A DNA stretch of 56,744 nucleotides from Gammaproteobacteria bacterium (GTDB lineage Bacteria; Pseudomonadota; Gammaproteobacteria; UBA9214): NCBI GenBank assembly GCA_035527955.1, contig DATKZN010000049.1, forward strand, positions 1 through 56,744, read 5' to 3'. This document shows positions 49,492-56,744 of this stretch, piece by piece. Position numbers and translations under genes: made by a program. Below the pieces are notes generated by a model. That model saw nothing but the letters and a program-made list of their open reading frames with translations, was not told the origin of the DNA and did not search any database. The stretch's first letter is position 1. Each line of letters starts with the position of its first letter.

Positions 49492-49786
49492 CCCGCATTT
49501 CTCACCGGGCGACAGTCATTTCACATAATGAGCTGAAATGATGGAAGTGATGCCAGTTCGGCATAAACCAGTGTGTCAACGGGCATTGCCTATCCCGGCC
49601 CTGGCTGGTTCTCGTGCACCCATACTTGCGATGTACAGGGAAGTACAAGTGTCGCGGGAGGCAGGAAGCCGGGAGCGACCTGTTCACTCAAGTGGTAGCT
49701 ACGGCTACCACTTTCGCTCCAGAGCGGCGTCCGGTCACACGAGCCCTGCGCCAGCATCCGGGATCCCGGTGAGAAATGCGGGCTAG
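49488..49786. mobile_element. MITE copy 4 (composite, 299 bp), carrying the nested element
   Basis: The left 110 bp are near-identical to copy 2. The right end is CCCGGTGAGAAATGCGGGCTAG. It is interrupted at the same nucleotide as copy 1. Confidence 0.8.
49599..49764. mobile_element. nested GC-rich inverted-repeat element inside MITE copy 4 (about 166 bp, boundaries +/- 7 nt)
   Basis: Its reverse complement shares the ends ATCCCGG.TGCTGGCGCAGGGCTCGTGTGACCGGACGCCGCTCTGGA ... GGGTGCACGAGAACCAGCCAGGG with the insert at 20305-20577. Confidence 0.6.
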
Positions 49787-49808
49787 CATCAACCCGGGCT
49801 GGACAGGC

Positions 49809-50228
49809 TCAGTAGGTATCCGCCGATATACCGTGCCTGGTCAGCCAGTTGCTGTCCAGTTCCCAGCGCACCTGCTTTACCTTGCCGGACTCCAGCACGA
49901 GCGTGCGTGCGCGCTCCTGAATGCGCGCCATCTCCAGCTGGCCCGCCATCAGGTCCGGATCATCCTGATCACGGCCACCCAGCCCGGGGTAGAGTATCTC
50001 CAGTGCCCGGAAGGCGGGAAATTCGGCACTGCGTGGTGTACCCATAACCGCAATCCCGTCCTGCAGGCTGAACACACGGAACCGGTACGGATAGTCTGAA
50101 AGCCCGGCATCGTTGTCGAGCAGTACGTTCAATTCCGTGACCTGCGGATCCTCACTGAATACCCACAGCAGCAAGCCGAGCACCACGAGACCCAGAAAAA
50201 TACTGTAGTTACGCGTAAACCTGTCCAT
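49809..50228 (-). CDS. hypothetical membrane-anchored protein (139 aa)
   Basis: The 436-aa ORF is trimmed to MDRFTRNYSIFLGLVVLGLLLWVF, with GAGGAG 6 nt upstream. The discarded N-terminal part is antisense to rsmA. Confidence 0.6.
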   Translation of the reverse strand: MDRFTRNYSIFLGLVVLGLLLWVFSEDPQVTELNVLLDNDAGLSDYPYRFRVFSLQDGIAVMGTPRSAEFPAFRALEILYPGLGGRDQDDPDLMAGQLEMARIQERARTLVLESGKVKQVRWELDSNWLTRHGISADTY

Positions 50229-50486
50229 GACAGACTCCTCGCCCGCCGGCACCGGCGAACACGGCAATACCGCGTCGTCCCAACCGACGGCAGAGTACAT
50301 TGTTGCGTCAATCAGGCCTGACTGTCCACCGTGACTGCGCAACCGGGGCCGGAGCCGCACACGCATACCGCCGCCATAACCTGAACATGCGGCAGTACTG
50401 ACAGCCATGCTGTGTGCGCCGGGCAAGCCGCATGATATGGTTGCCGCTTCATCGCACACAGGCACCAGTTCCGGAACGCTCGCCCG

Positions 50487-51266
50487 ATGCACAATCCAAG
50501 GAAAAGGTTCGGTCAGAATTTTCTGCATGACCCGGCCGTCATCGAAAATATCGTTGCCGCGGTCCGGCCACGGCCAGGCGAACAGCTGGTCGAGGTTGGT
50601 CCGGGCCAGGGTGCGATAACACTGCCCCTGCTCAAGGCAGCCGGCAGGCTCACGGTCATCGAACTCGACCGCGACCTGATACAGCCGCTGCAGAACCGCT
50701 GCCGCGCGACCGGTGAACTCACGGTACATAACACCGACGCCCTGCGCTTCGATTTCTGCAGCCTGGCTGACGGGGCAGCACTGAGAATTGTCGGTAACCT
50801 GCCTTACAACATTTCCACACCGCTGCTGTTTCACCTGCTGGACCAGAGCCGGTGCATCAGCGACATGCATTTCATGCTGCAGAAGGAAGTGGTGGAGCGC
50901 ATGGCCGCACCGCCAGGCAGCGGCCAGTACGGCCGCCTGAGTGTCATGCTGCAATACCGCTGCAAGGTGTATCCGCTGTTCACTATCGGTCCTGGCGCCT
51001 TCACTCCACCGCCGAAAGTGGACTCGGCCTTTGTGCGTCTGGTGCCGTTCGCCAGCCCGCCGGTGACCGTCGCCGACGAGGTCGTGTTTGCCACGCTGGT
51101 GCGGCAGGCCTTCGCCCAACGGCGCAAGACCCTGCGCAACGCGCTGCGCGACCTGCTGGAGGCTGACGAAATCAGACTGGCGGGGGTCGATCCGACGGCA
51201 CGCGCCGAAACACTGGGCCTGGAGGAATTTGCGGCGCTGGCCAACCGGGCAGCGCGGCGCGGGTGA
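50487..51266 (+). CDS. rsmA: 16S rRNA (adenine1518-N6/adenine1519-N6)-dimethyltransferase
   Basis: Contains KRFGQNFLHD, VEVGPGQGAIT and GNLPYNISTP motifs. Confidence 0.95.
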   Translation: MHNPRKRFGQNFLHDPAVIENIVAAVRPRPGEQLVEVGPGQGAITLPLLKAAGRLTVIELDRDLIQPLQNRCRATGELTVHNTDALRFDFCSLADGAALRIVGNLPYNISTPLLFHLLDQSRCISDMHFMLQKEVVERMAAPPGSGQYGRLSVMLQYRCKVYPLFTIGPGAFTPPPKVDSAFVRLVPFASPPVTVADEVVFATLVRQAFAQRRKTLRNALRDLLEADEIRLAGVDPTARAETLGLEEFAALANRAARRG

Positions 51267-51284
51267 CGGGACTATCAGGATGAA

Positions 51285-51317
51285 GGCTGCACAGGTCGTG
51301 CAGCCCGGGGTTTATTT
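51285..51317. terminator. hairpin shared by convergent rsmA and the amber-interrupted gene
   Basis: GGCTGCAC-aggtc-GTGCAGCC, followed on the plus strand by CGGGGTTTATTT. Confidence 0.5.
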
Positions 51318-51608
51318 CCAGGGCATCCGCAAGGAGAAATGAACACCACTGCCGTTACCGCCCGGGCTGTCGGCATGTGCCGCATTGAAGGCATCTCCGT
51401 AATCCGAGGGCGATTTGAACGTCATGTGCAGGCCAGCCCGATGCCCAACCGGGGCCAGCTCTACGTCACCCTCCAGCAACTGGGAGAAATGCGCCTTGCT
51501 GAACAGGGTTTCCGCGGCAGAGACGGTGGCCGGGATACCCTAGGCAAAACACAGCAGGGATATCAGCAGCATGACTTTTTTCTTAAAAATTAGCAGGTTA
51601 TGGTTCAT
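51312..51608 (-). pseudogene. small secreted-protein gene interrupted by an in-frame TAG after codon 22
   Basis: Hand translation: MNHNLLIFKKKVMLLISLLCFA*GIPATVSAAETLFSKAHFSQLLEGDVELAPVGHRAGLHMTFKSPSDYGDAFNAAHADSPGGNGSGVHFSLRMPWK*. The 75 codons after the TAG (51540-51542) have strongly G/C third positions. There is no alternative start downstream of the TAG. Confidence 0.5.
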
Positions 51609-51764
51609 CTTGGCTGCCTCTCGTCTTGATCAACGCTGCATGCGGGGAGCACATGCGAATTTGGTTCGGGTTGACCACATCATCAACAAATCCGGGCCGG
51701 CAAACTGAGATGGCGATCACATTTTCGCCCTTGGCGATAATGACCTGGCCAGCCACTTACCCTC

Positions 51765-51792
51765 TTAACACACGAATAACCTTAAGTATAGT
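51765..51792 (+). promoter_or_regulatory. sigma70-like promoter candidate upstream of apaG-apaH
   Basis: TTAACA, 16-nt spacer, TATAGT read directly, about 235 nt upstream of the apaG ATG. No experimental support. Confidence 0.3.
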
Positions 51793-52025
51793 ATGCTAAT
51801 TGCCTTTCAGGAAGCCAAGGGAGGACGAACCACCTGGACGAGCGATCTGAAAATACCCGCATGTGGCGTGACCTCCCCGGTTGAGAATCTGTGCGGCTTG
51901 CCTATGATCCGGGTTGGCCCCGCCACTGCCAGGATCGGCCGTGTCGCCCGGCACTTTGCAGTCGGCTTTTTGTCACAATCCGTGCGAAAGCGTATCCTTA
52001 TGCCACCCACAGCGGAATGCAGGCA

Positions 52026-52409
52026 ATGAGCAGCGAAAACCTCAACAACATCACCATCAAAGTCGAAACGAACTACATAGAAGGACAGTCCGAACCGGAC
52101 AAGGAGCGCTACGTCTTCTCCTACACCATCACTATCCGCAACGAGGGTGAGGTGCCGGCACAATTGATGTCACGCCACTGGCTCATCACCGATGCGAACG
52201 GCCATACCCAGGAAGTACGCGGTGAAGGCGTGGTCGGCGAACAGCCGCACCTGAAACCGGGCGAAGGCTTCCAGTACACCAGCGGAACCATGATCGCAAC
52301 GCCGGTCGGCAGCATGCGTGGCGAGTACCAGATGGTCACCGAGAGCGGCGACGAATTCGACGCCGTAATCCCGCCCTTCACACTCGCCATTCCGCGCACA
52401 CTGCACTGA
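52026..52409 (+). CDS. apaG: ApaG (DUF525) protein
   Basis: Trimmed to MSSENLNNITIKVE. YVFSYTITIRNEG...SRHWLITDANG..EVRGEGVVGEQP is the ApaG core. Confidence 0.9.
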   Translation: MSSENLNNITIKVETNYIEGQSEPDKERYVFSYTITIRNEGEVPAQLMSRHWLITDANGHTQEVRGEGVVGEQPHLKPGEGFQYTSGTMIATPVGSMRGEYQMVTESGDEFDAVIPPFTLAIPRTLH

Positions 52410-52417
52410 TCTACCCC

Positions 52418-53242
52418 GTGGCCGTCTACGCCGTTGGTGACATCCAGGGCTGCTTCGACGAACTGCGCGCACTCCTGGACAAGCTGCATTTCGACCCGGT
52501 CGTTGACCGGTTATGGCTGGTCGGCGACCTGGTCAATCGAGGACCGAAATCGCTGGAAACGCTGCGTTTTGTACGCAAGCTGGGGCCGGCAGCCGTCACC
52601 GTGCTCGGCAATCATGACCTGCACCTGATAGCCGCGGTCCATGGCCGGTCGCTGGGGCGTGGCGGCCACACCCTGGATGCCGTGCTCGCGGCACATGATC
52701 GCGACGAACTGATCGACTGGCTGCGCTGGCGCCCCTTGCTGCATCACGATGACAATACCGGGTTTACCATGGTGCACGCCGGGCTGCCGCCGCAATGGGA
52801 CCTGGCCAGGGCGCAGCAGAGCGCACACGAGGTCGAAACCGTATTGCGCGGCCCGCAGCTCGACACGTTTATCGAGCACATGTACGGCAATAAGCCCAAC
52901 TGCTGGTCGGACGAGCTGAGCGGCTGGGAGCGCCTGCGTTTCTGCGTGAACTGCTTTACCCGCATGCGTTACTGCGATGCCGACGGACGCCTCGATTTCG
53001 CCAGCAAGGGTCCTCCCGGCAGCCAGTCGAAAGGATTATTCCCCTGGTTCGAGCTGCCACGCGCCAGTGGCGACCTCAAACTGGTATTCGGTCATTGGTC
53101 GACGCTGGGGCCGCGAGACGATCCGGGCATCTATCCGCTGGATACCGGCTGCCTGTGGGGCGGTGCAATGACGGCGTTGCGTCTTGACGGGGAACCCCAA
53201 TGGTTCAGCCTGAAGTGCGCGGAACAACGCACGCCGGGCTGA
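52418..53242 (+). CDS. apaH: bis(5'-nucleosyl)-tetraphosphatase (symmetrical)
   Basis: AVYAVGDIQGC, GDLVNRGP and GNHD are metallophosphatase motifs. GTG start. Confidence 0.95.
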   Translation: MAVYAVGDIQGCFDELRALLDKLHFDPVVDRLWLVGDLVNRGPKSLETLRFVRKLGPAAVTVLGNHDLHLIAAVHGRSLGRGGHTLDAVLAAHDRDELIDWLRWRPLLHHDDNTGFTMVHAGLPPQWDLARAQQSAHEVETVLRGPQLDTFIEHMYGNKPNCWSDELSGWERLRFCVNCFTRMRYCDADGRLDFASKGPPGSQSKGLFPWFELPRASGDLKLVFGHWSTLGPRDDPGIYPLDTGCLWGGAMTALRLDGEPQWFSLKCAEQRTPG

Positions 53243-53277
53243 GTGCATAACCCGCCCGCCCTGTCTGCACAAGCTGG

Positions 53278-53769
53278 CTAGCCGCGCACCCGTTGCAGGG
53301 TAATGAAGCTGCAGGCATGCGCATTATTCTCATCCGGCGCGTGCGCACTGCGTTCCACTTCGCACCACTCGTCGTCATTCAGTTCCGGGAAAAACGCGTC
53401 ACCTGAAAACTCGCCATCCACCTGAGTGATATACAGCGTATCGGCGTCCGGCAGCACCTGCCGGTAGAGCTGTTCGCCGCCGATCAGCATGACTTCATCA
53501 TGTCCCTGCGCGGCACGCAGCGCAGCGTCCACGGAATGCACGACAACACAACCCTCGGCCTTATAGCCGTGATTACGGGTGATGACGATATTGAGGCGTC
53601 CCGGCAGCGGCCGGCCGATGGACTCCCATGTCTTGCGGCCCATCAGGATCGGCTTGCCCATGGTGATCTGCCTGAAGTGCTTGAGGTCGGCCGGCAGGTG
53701 CCAGGGAAGGCGGTTCCCGTGACCGATAACGCGATTGGCTGCCATTGCCACGATGATCGAGAGTTTCAT
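53278..53769 (-). CDS. folA: dihydrofolate reductase
   Basis: Contains IVAMAANRVIGHGNRLPWHLPADLKHFRQITMGKPILMGRKTWESIG. Confidence 0.95.
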   Translation of the reverse strand: MKLSIIVAMAANRVIGHGNRLPWHLPADLKHFRQITMGKPILMGRKTWESIGRPLPGRLNIVITRNHGYKAEGCVVVHSVDAALRAAQGHDEVMLIGGEQLYRQVLPDADTLYITQVDGEFSGDAFFPELNDDEWCEVERSAHAPDENNAHACSFITLQRVRG

Positions 53770-53775
53770 TGCCGA

Positions 53776-54570
53776 TCAGACGGCGACCGGCGCCTTGATA
53801 TGCGGGTGCGGATCGTAGCCCTGCAGCTCGAAGTCGTCGAAGGTGAAGGCGAACAGGTCTTTCACATCCGGATTGATGCGCATGACCGGCAGCGGGCGCG
53901 GGGCGCGCGACAGTTGCAGGTCCGCCTGTTCCAGGTGGTTCAGGTACAGGTGGGCATCACCGAAAGTGTGCACGAAATCACCGGCCTCGAGCCCGGCGAC
54001 CTGCGCCATCATCTGCAGCAGCAGCGCATAGGAAGCCACGTTGAACGGCACTCCGAGGAAGATATCGGCGCTGCGCTGGTAGAGCTGGCAGGACAGCCGG
54101 CCGCTGGCAACGTAGAACTGGAAAAAGGCGTGGCATGGCGGCAGCGCCATCCTGTCGATTTCGCCGACGTTCCAGGCGCTGACGATGATGCGCCGCGAAT
54201 CCGGGTTATGCCTGATCTGGTCGAGCACCTGGTCGATCTGGTCGACGTGGCGGCCGTCGGGTGTCGGCCAGCTGCGCCACTGGTAGCCATAGATGGGTCC
54301 CAGCTCGCCGTTTTCATCGGCCCATTCATCCCAGATGGTGACCTTGTTGTCATGCAGGTAGCGAATATTGGTTTCGCCCTTCAGGAACCACAGCAGTTCA
54401 TGAATGATGGAACGCAGGTGCACTTTCTTGGTGGTGACCAGCGGAAAGCCATCGGCGAGATCGAAGCGCATCTGGTAGCCGAACACGCTCACCGTGCCGG
54501 TGCCAGTGCGGTCTTCCTTGCGGATACCGTGGTCGCGCACGTGGCGCATCAGGTCGAGATACTGTTTCAT
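53776..54570 (-). CDS. thyA: thymidylate synthase
   Basis: Contains [23 protein letters not shown] and [15 protein letters not shown] motifs. 264 aa. Confidence 0.95.
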   Translation of the reverse strand: MKQYLDLMRHVRDHGIRKEDRTGTGTVSVFGYQMRFDLADGFPLVTTKKVHLRSIIHELLWFLKGETNIRYLHDNKVTIWDEWADENGELGPIYGYQWRSWPTPDGRHVDQIDQVLDQIRHNPDSRRIIVSAWNVGEIDRMALPPCHAFFQFYVASGRLSCQLYQRSADIFLGVPFNVASYALLLQMMAQVAGLEAGDFVHTFGDAHLYLNHLEQADLQLSRAPRPLPVMRINPDVKDLFAFTFDDFELQGYDPHPHIKAPVAV

Positions 54571-54572
54571 TG

Positions 54573-54655
54573 GAAAATGGGGTCGGAGTCAATTTTTCGC
54601 GCTGGCAACGTTTTATTCCTACCCGTGTTGTAATCTGACCCGGACCCCGTTTCTC
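54573..54655. repeat. small imperfect inverted-repeat element in the lgt-thyA spacer
   Basis: GAAAATGGGGTCGGAGTC at 54573-54590 pairs with the reverse complement of GACCCGGACCCCGTTTCTC at 54637-54655, flanking about 46 nt. Confidence 0.3.
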
Positions 54656-55467
54656 TACCAGCTGAGCTGGCCGTCGGTGCGTCGCCGGGCATACACATAG
54701 AAAATCAGGCCGATGACGATCATGGGCAACGACAGGAGATGCCCCATCGTCAGCCAGCCGAATGCCAGGTAGCCGATGTGCGCATCGGGCATGCGTACGA
54801 ATTCCACCGCGAAGCGGAACACACCATAGCAGATCAGGTACAGCCCGGAAACCGCCATGGTCGGTCGCGGCTTGCGTGAGTACAGCCACAGGATCGCGAA
54901 AAACACCACGCCCTCCAGCAACAGCTCGTAGAGCATGGACGGATGGCGCGGCTGTGCATCGACGAACGGAAACACCATGCCCCACGGCAGGTCGGTCGGC
55001 CGTCCCCACAGCTCGCCGTTGATGAAATTACCCAGCCGCCCGGCCCCGAGGCCAATCGGTACCAGCGGTGCCAGGAAATCGGTGACCAGGAAAAAGGTAC
55101 GCCCGGTGTTGCGCGCGTACAGCCACATCGCCACGAACACGCCCAGCATGCCACCGTGATAGGACATGCCGCCCTGCCAGATACGGAAGATCACCAGCGG
55201 GTCGGCCAGGAAGCCGCTGAAGTTGTAGAACAGCGTATAGCCGATGCGTCCGCCCAGCACCGCGCCAAGCGCGAAATAGAACACCAGGTCGCTGATCTCG
55301 GCGGCACGCCACGTCGTGCCCGGCCGCCGGGTGCGCAGCAGGCCGAGCCACCAGCCGCCCAGAAAGGCCACCAGGTACATCAGCCCGTACCAGTGGATTT
55401 CCAGCGGCCCGAGAGACACCGCAACGGGATCGATCGCAGGGTAAGTCAGCATGTCAGCAGCCAGCAC
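54655..55467 (-). CDS. lgt: prolipoprotein diacylglyceryl transferase
   Basis: Contains [25 protein letters not shown] and [14 protein letters not shown] motifs. Confidence 0.95.
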   Translation of the reverse strand: MLAADMLTYPAIDPVAVSLGPLEIHWYGLMYLVAFLGGWWLGLLRTRRPGTTWRAAEISDLVFYFALGAVLGGRIGYTLFYNFSGFLADPLVIFRIWQGGMSYHGGMLGVFVAMWLYARNTGRTFFLVTDFLAPLVPIGLGAGRLGNFINGELWGRPTDLPWGMVFPFVDAQPRHPSMLYELLLEGVVFFAILWLYSRKPRPTMAVSGLYLICYGVFRFAVEFVRMPDAHIGYLAFGWLTMGHLLSLPMIVIGLIFYVYARRRTDGQLSW

Positions 55468-55476
55468 CGTGCCCGC

Positions 55477-56673
55477 TCATGTCGGCACACGGCAGAACAA
55501 AGCCTTGAGATAGGCGGTTTCAACAATCGCCGGATGCACCGGGTGGTCCATGCACTGAAAGCCGCGTTCCAGTATCTGCAGCTGACGTGCCTGCCGGACG
55601 GCGGACTGCAGCAGGATGCCCTGCAACCGCTGTTCCGCGAGCAGCATGGAGCAGGAGCAGGATATCAGGATACCCCCCGGCGCCAATAGCTCCAGCGCCA
55701 GCAGGTTGAGCCGCGCGTAGCCCTGCTCACCGCTGCGGATATCGCGGCGGCGCTTGATGAAGGCCGGCGGATCGAGAATCACCACGTCGAACTGCCGGTG
55801 CTCGAGGCGCATGTCCTGCATGACCTGGAAGGCATCGCCTGCCACGGCCTGCACGCGGTCGTGCAGGCCATTGGCGTGTGCCGTGCGCTGCAGGACGTCC
55901 AGCGCCGGTACGGAGGAATCCACGCAGGTGACCTCGGCGGCACCGGCGTGTGCCGCCTGCAGGCCCCAGGCACCAACGTAACTGAAGACGTCCAGAACCC
56001 GCTGTCCCGGCACATACTTGTGCAGCGCCTGCCGGTTACTGCGCTGATCGTAGTACCAGCCGGTCTTCTGGCCCGCGCCCAGCGGCACCTCGAAGCGCAC
56101 GCCACCTTCTTCCACGGTAACCGTGTCAGGCACATCACCCAGCACCTCGCTTTCCAGCGACAGGCCTTCCAGCTCCCGCATCGGGCTGTCATTGCGTAAC
56201 AGGATTCCCGCGGGACGAAACATCTGCTGCAGAACCTGGACGATCACGTCACGGGCACGCTCCATGCCGGCCGTCGTGATCTGCACCACCAGCACGTCAT
56301 CGTAGCGGTCGATGACCAGCCCGGGCACGCCGTCGCTCTCACCGAAGGCGAGCCGGTAGTAAGGTCGTTCGAACAGGGCCTCGCGCAATGCCAGCGCAGT
56401 GCCCAGGCGTCGCTCGAGAAAGCCCGTATTGATGATGGCGCCTGGACGTCGGCTCAGCAACCGCGCACAGATCAGCGATTGCGGATTGACATAGGCGGTG
56501 CCCAGCACCTTGCCGGAAGCGGCCTGGATCACCGCGACTTCGCCCGCCTCGAAGCCGGACAGCGGTGTTTTCGCGACATCGACCTCGTTGCTGTATACCC
56601 AGAGGTGACCGGCACGCAGGCGACGGTCTTCGTCTTTTTTCAGCACGAGCAGGGGCAGCCTGATCTGGCTCAT
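55477..56673 (-). CDS. rlmI: class I SAM-dependent 23S rRNA (cytosine-C5) methyltransferase, RlmI-like
   Basis: 398 aa. An N-terminal PUA-like region (LRAGHLWVYSNEV) is followed by GESDGVPGLVIDRY, KTGWYYDQR, VLDVFSYVGAWG and VILDPPAF, paralleling E. coli RlmI. Confidence 0.8.
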   Translation of the reverse strand: MSQIRLPLLVLKKDEDRRLRAGHLWVYSNEVDVAKTPLSGFEAGEVAVIQAASGKVLGTAYVNPQSLICARLLSRRPGAIINTGFLERRLGTALALREALFERPYYRLAFGESDGVPGLVIDRYDDVLVVQITTAGMERARDVIVQVLQQMFRPAGILLRNDSPMRELEGLSLESEVLGDVPDTVTVEEGGVRFEVPLGAGQKTGWYYDQRSNRQALHKYVPGQRVLDVFSYVGAWGLQAAHAGAAEVTCVDSSVPALDVLQRTAHANGLHDRVQAVAGDAFQVMQDMRLEHRQFDVVILDPPAFIKRRRDIRSGEQGYARLNLLALELLAPGGILISCSCSMLLAEQRLQGILLQSAVRQARQLQILERGFQCMDHPVHPAIVETAYLKALFCRVPT

Positions 56674-56744
56674 CCGGTTATCACCATGTTCGGTTATGTC
56701 ATTCAGGGCAACGCGCCCGGATTATCGAGCACGCCGCGGGCGAG

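Noticed and set aside
49809-51119. 436-aa ORF on the minus strand.
   Set aside because: The upstream 297 codons are antisense to rsmA. Only the last 139 codons, which have an SD and a TM anchor, are kept.
51540-51542. The in-frame TAG as programmed readthrough or pyrrolysine.
   Set aside because: No pyl genes or recoding signals are visible, and the lineage is not one known for amber recoding. A nonsense mutation or sequencing error is the simpler explanation.
51339-51593. 84-aa plus-strand ORF with AAGGAG immediately upstream.
   Set aside because: The SD-to-ATG spacing is only about 2-3 nt and the product is Arg/Gly-rich. The opposite strand shows far better third-position bias and a signal peptide, so it is the interrupted gene.
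51800-51960. Resemblance to a cobalamin riboswitch (AAGGGA, CTGAAAAT and GCCACTG strings).
   Set aside because: The motifs are out of the expected order and spacing. I could not find a B12 box, and the downstream genes (apaG-apaH) are unrelated to B12.

Overview
A 56.7-kb chromosomal segment from a visibly GC-rich, gammaproteobacterium-like genome; real genes have mostly G/C third codon positions, and most long ORFs antisense to them are artefacts of that bias. About 70 CDS are called and most are housekeeping. Conserved gene strings include ybeD-lipB-lipA, lptD-surA-pdxA...rsmA...apaG-apaH, and rlmI-like/lgt/thyA/folA on the minus strand. I found no rRNA, tRNA, CRISPR array, prophage, integrase or transposase gene, and no recognisable defence, toxin or secretion system, so I cannot point to a clear new multi-gene system. 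The most notable features are these. (1) A family of short non-coding inverted-repeat elements (MITEs, four copies) has CTAG-ended 22-bp terminal repeats, and at four genes the terminal TAG is the gene's stop codon. (2) A second GC-rich inverted-repeat element is nested at the identical nucleotide in two MITE copies of different subfamilies. (3) The usually adjacent amgK and murU genes are separated by a ~13.5-kb almost uniformly minus-strand accessory block. It contains an orphan merB-like gene, nhaA, a carbonic anhydrase, a frameshifted yjdM, a MITE and a low-GC single-gene islet. (4) The lptD...apaH string is interrupted at two junctions, one by a CDF transporter plus a MITE, the other by a small secreted-protein gene carrying an in-frame amber codon. 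(5) A tightly packed operon encodes a GlyGly-CTERM lipoprotein, rhombosortase, a SixA-like protein with QHG in place of RHG, and an 81-aa protein. (6) A C-terminal remnant of ppk1 lies upstream of a second SixA-family gene. All family assignments come from reading motifs in the translations; no database search was run.
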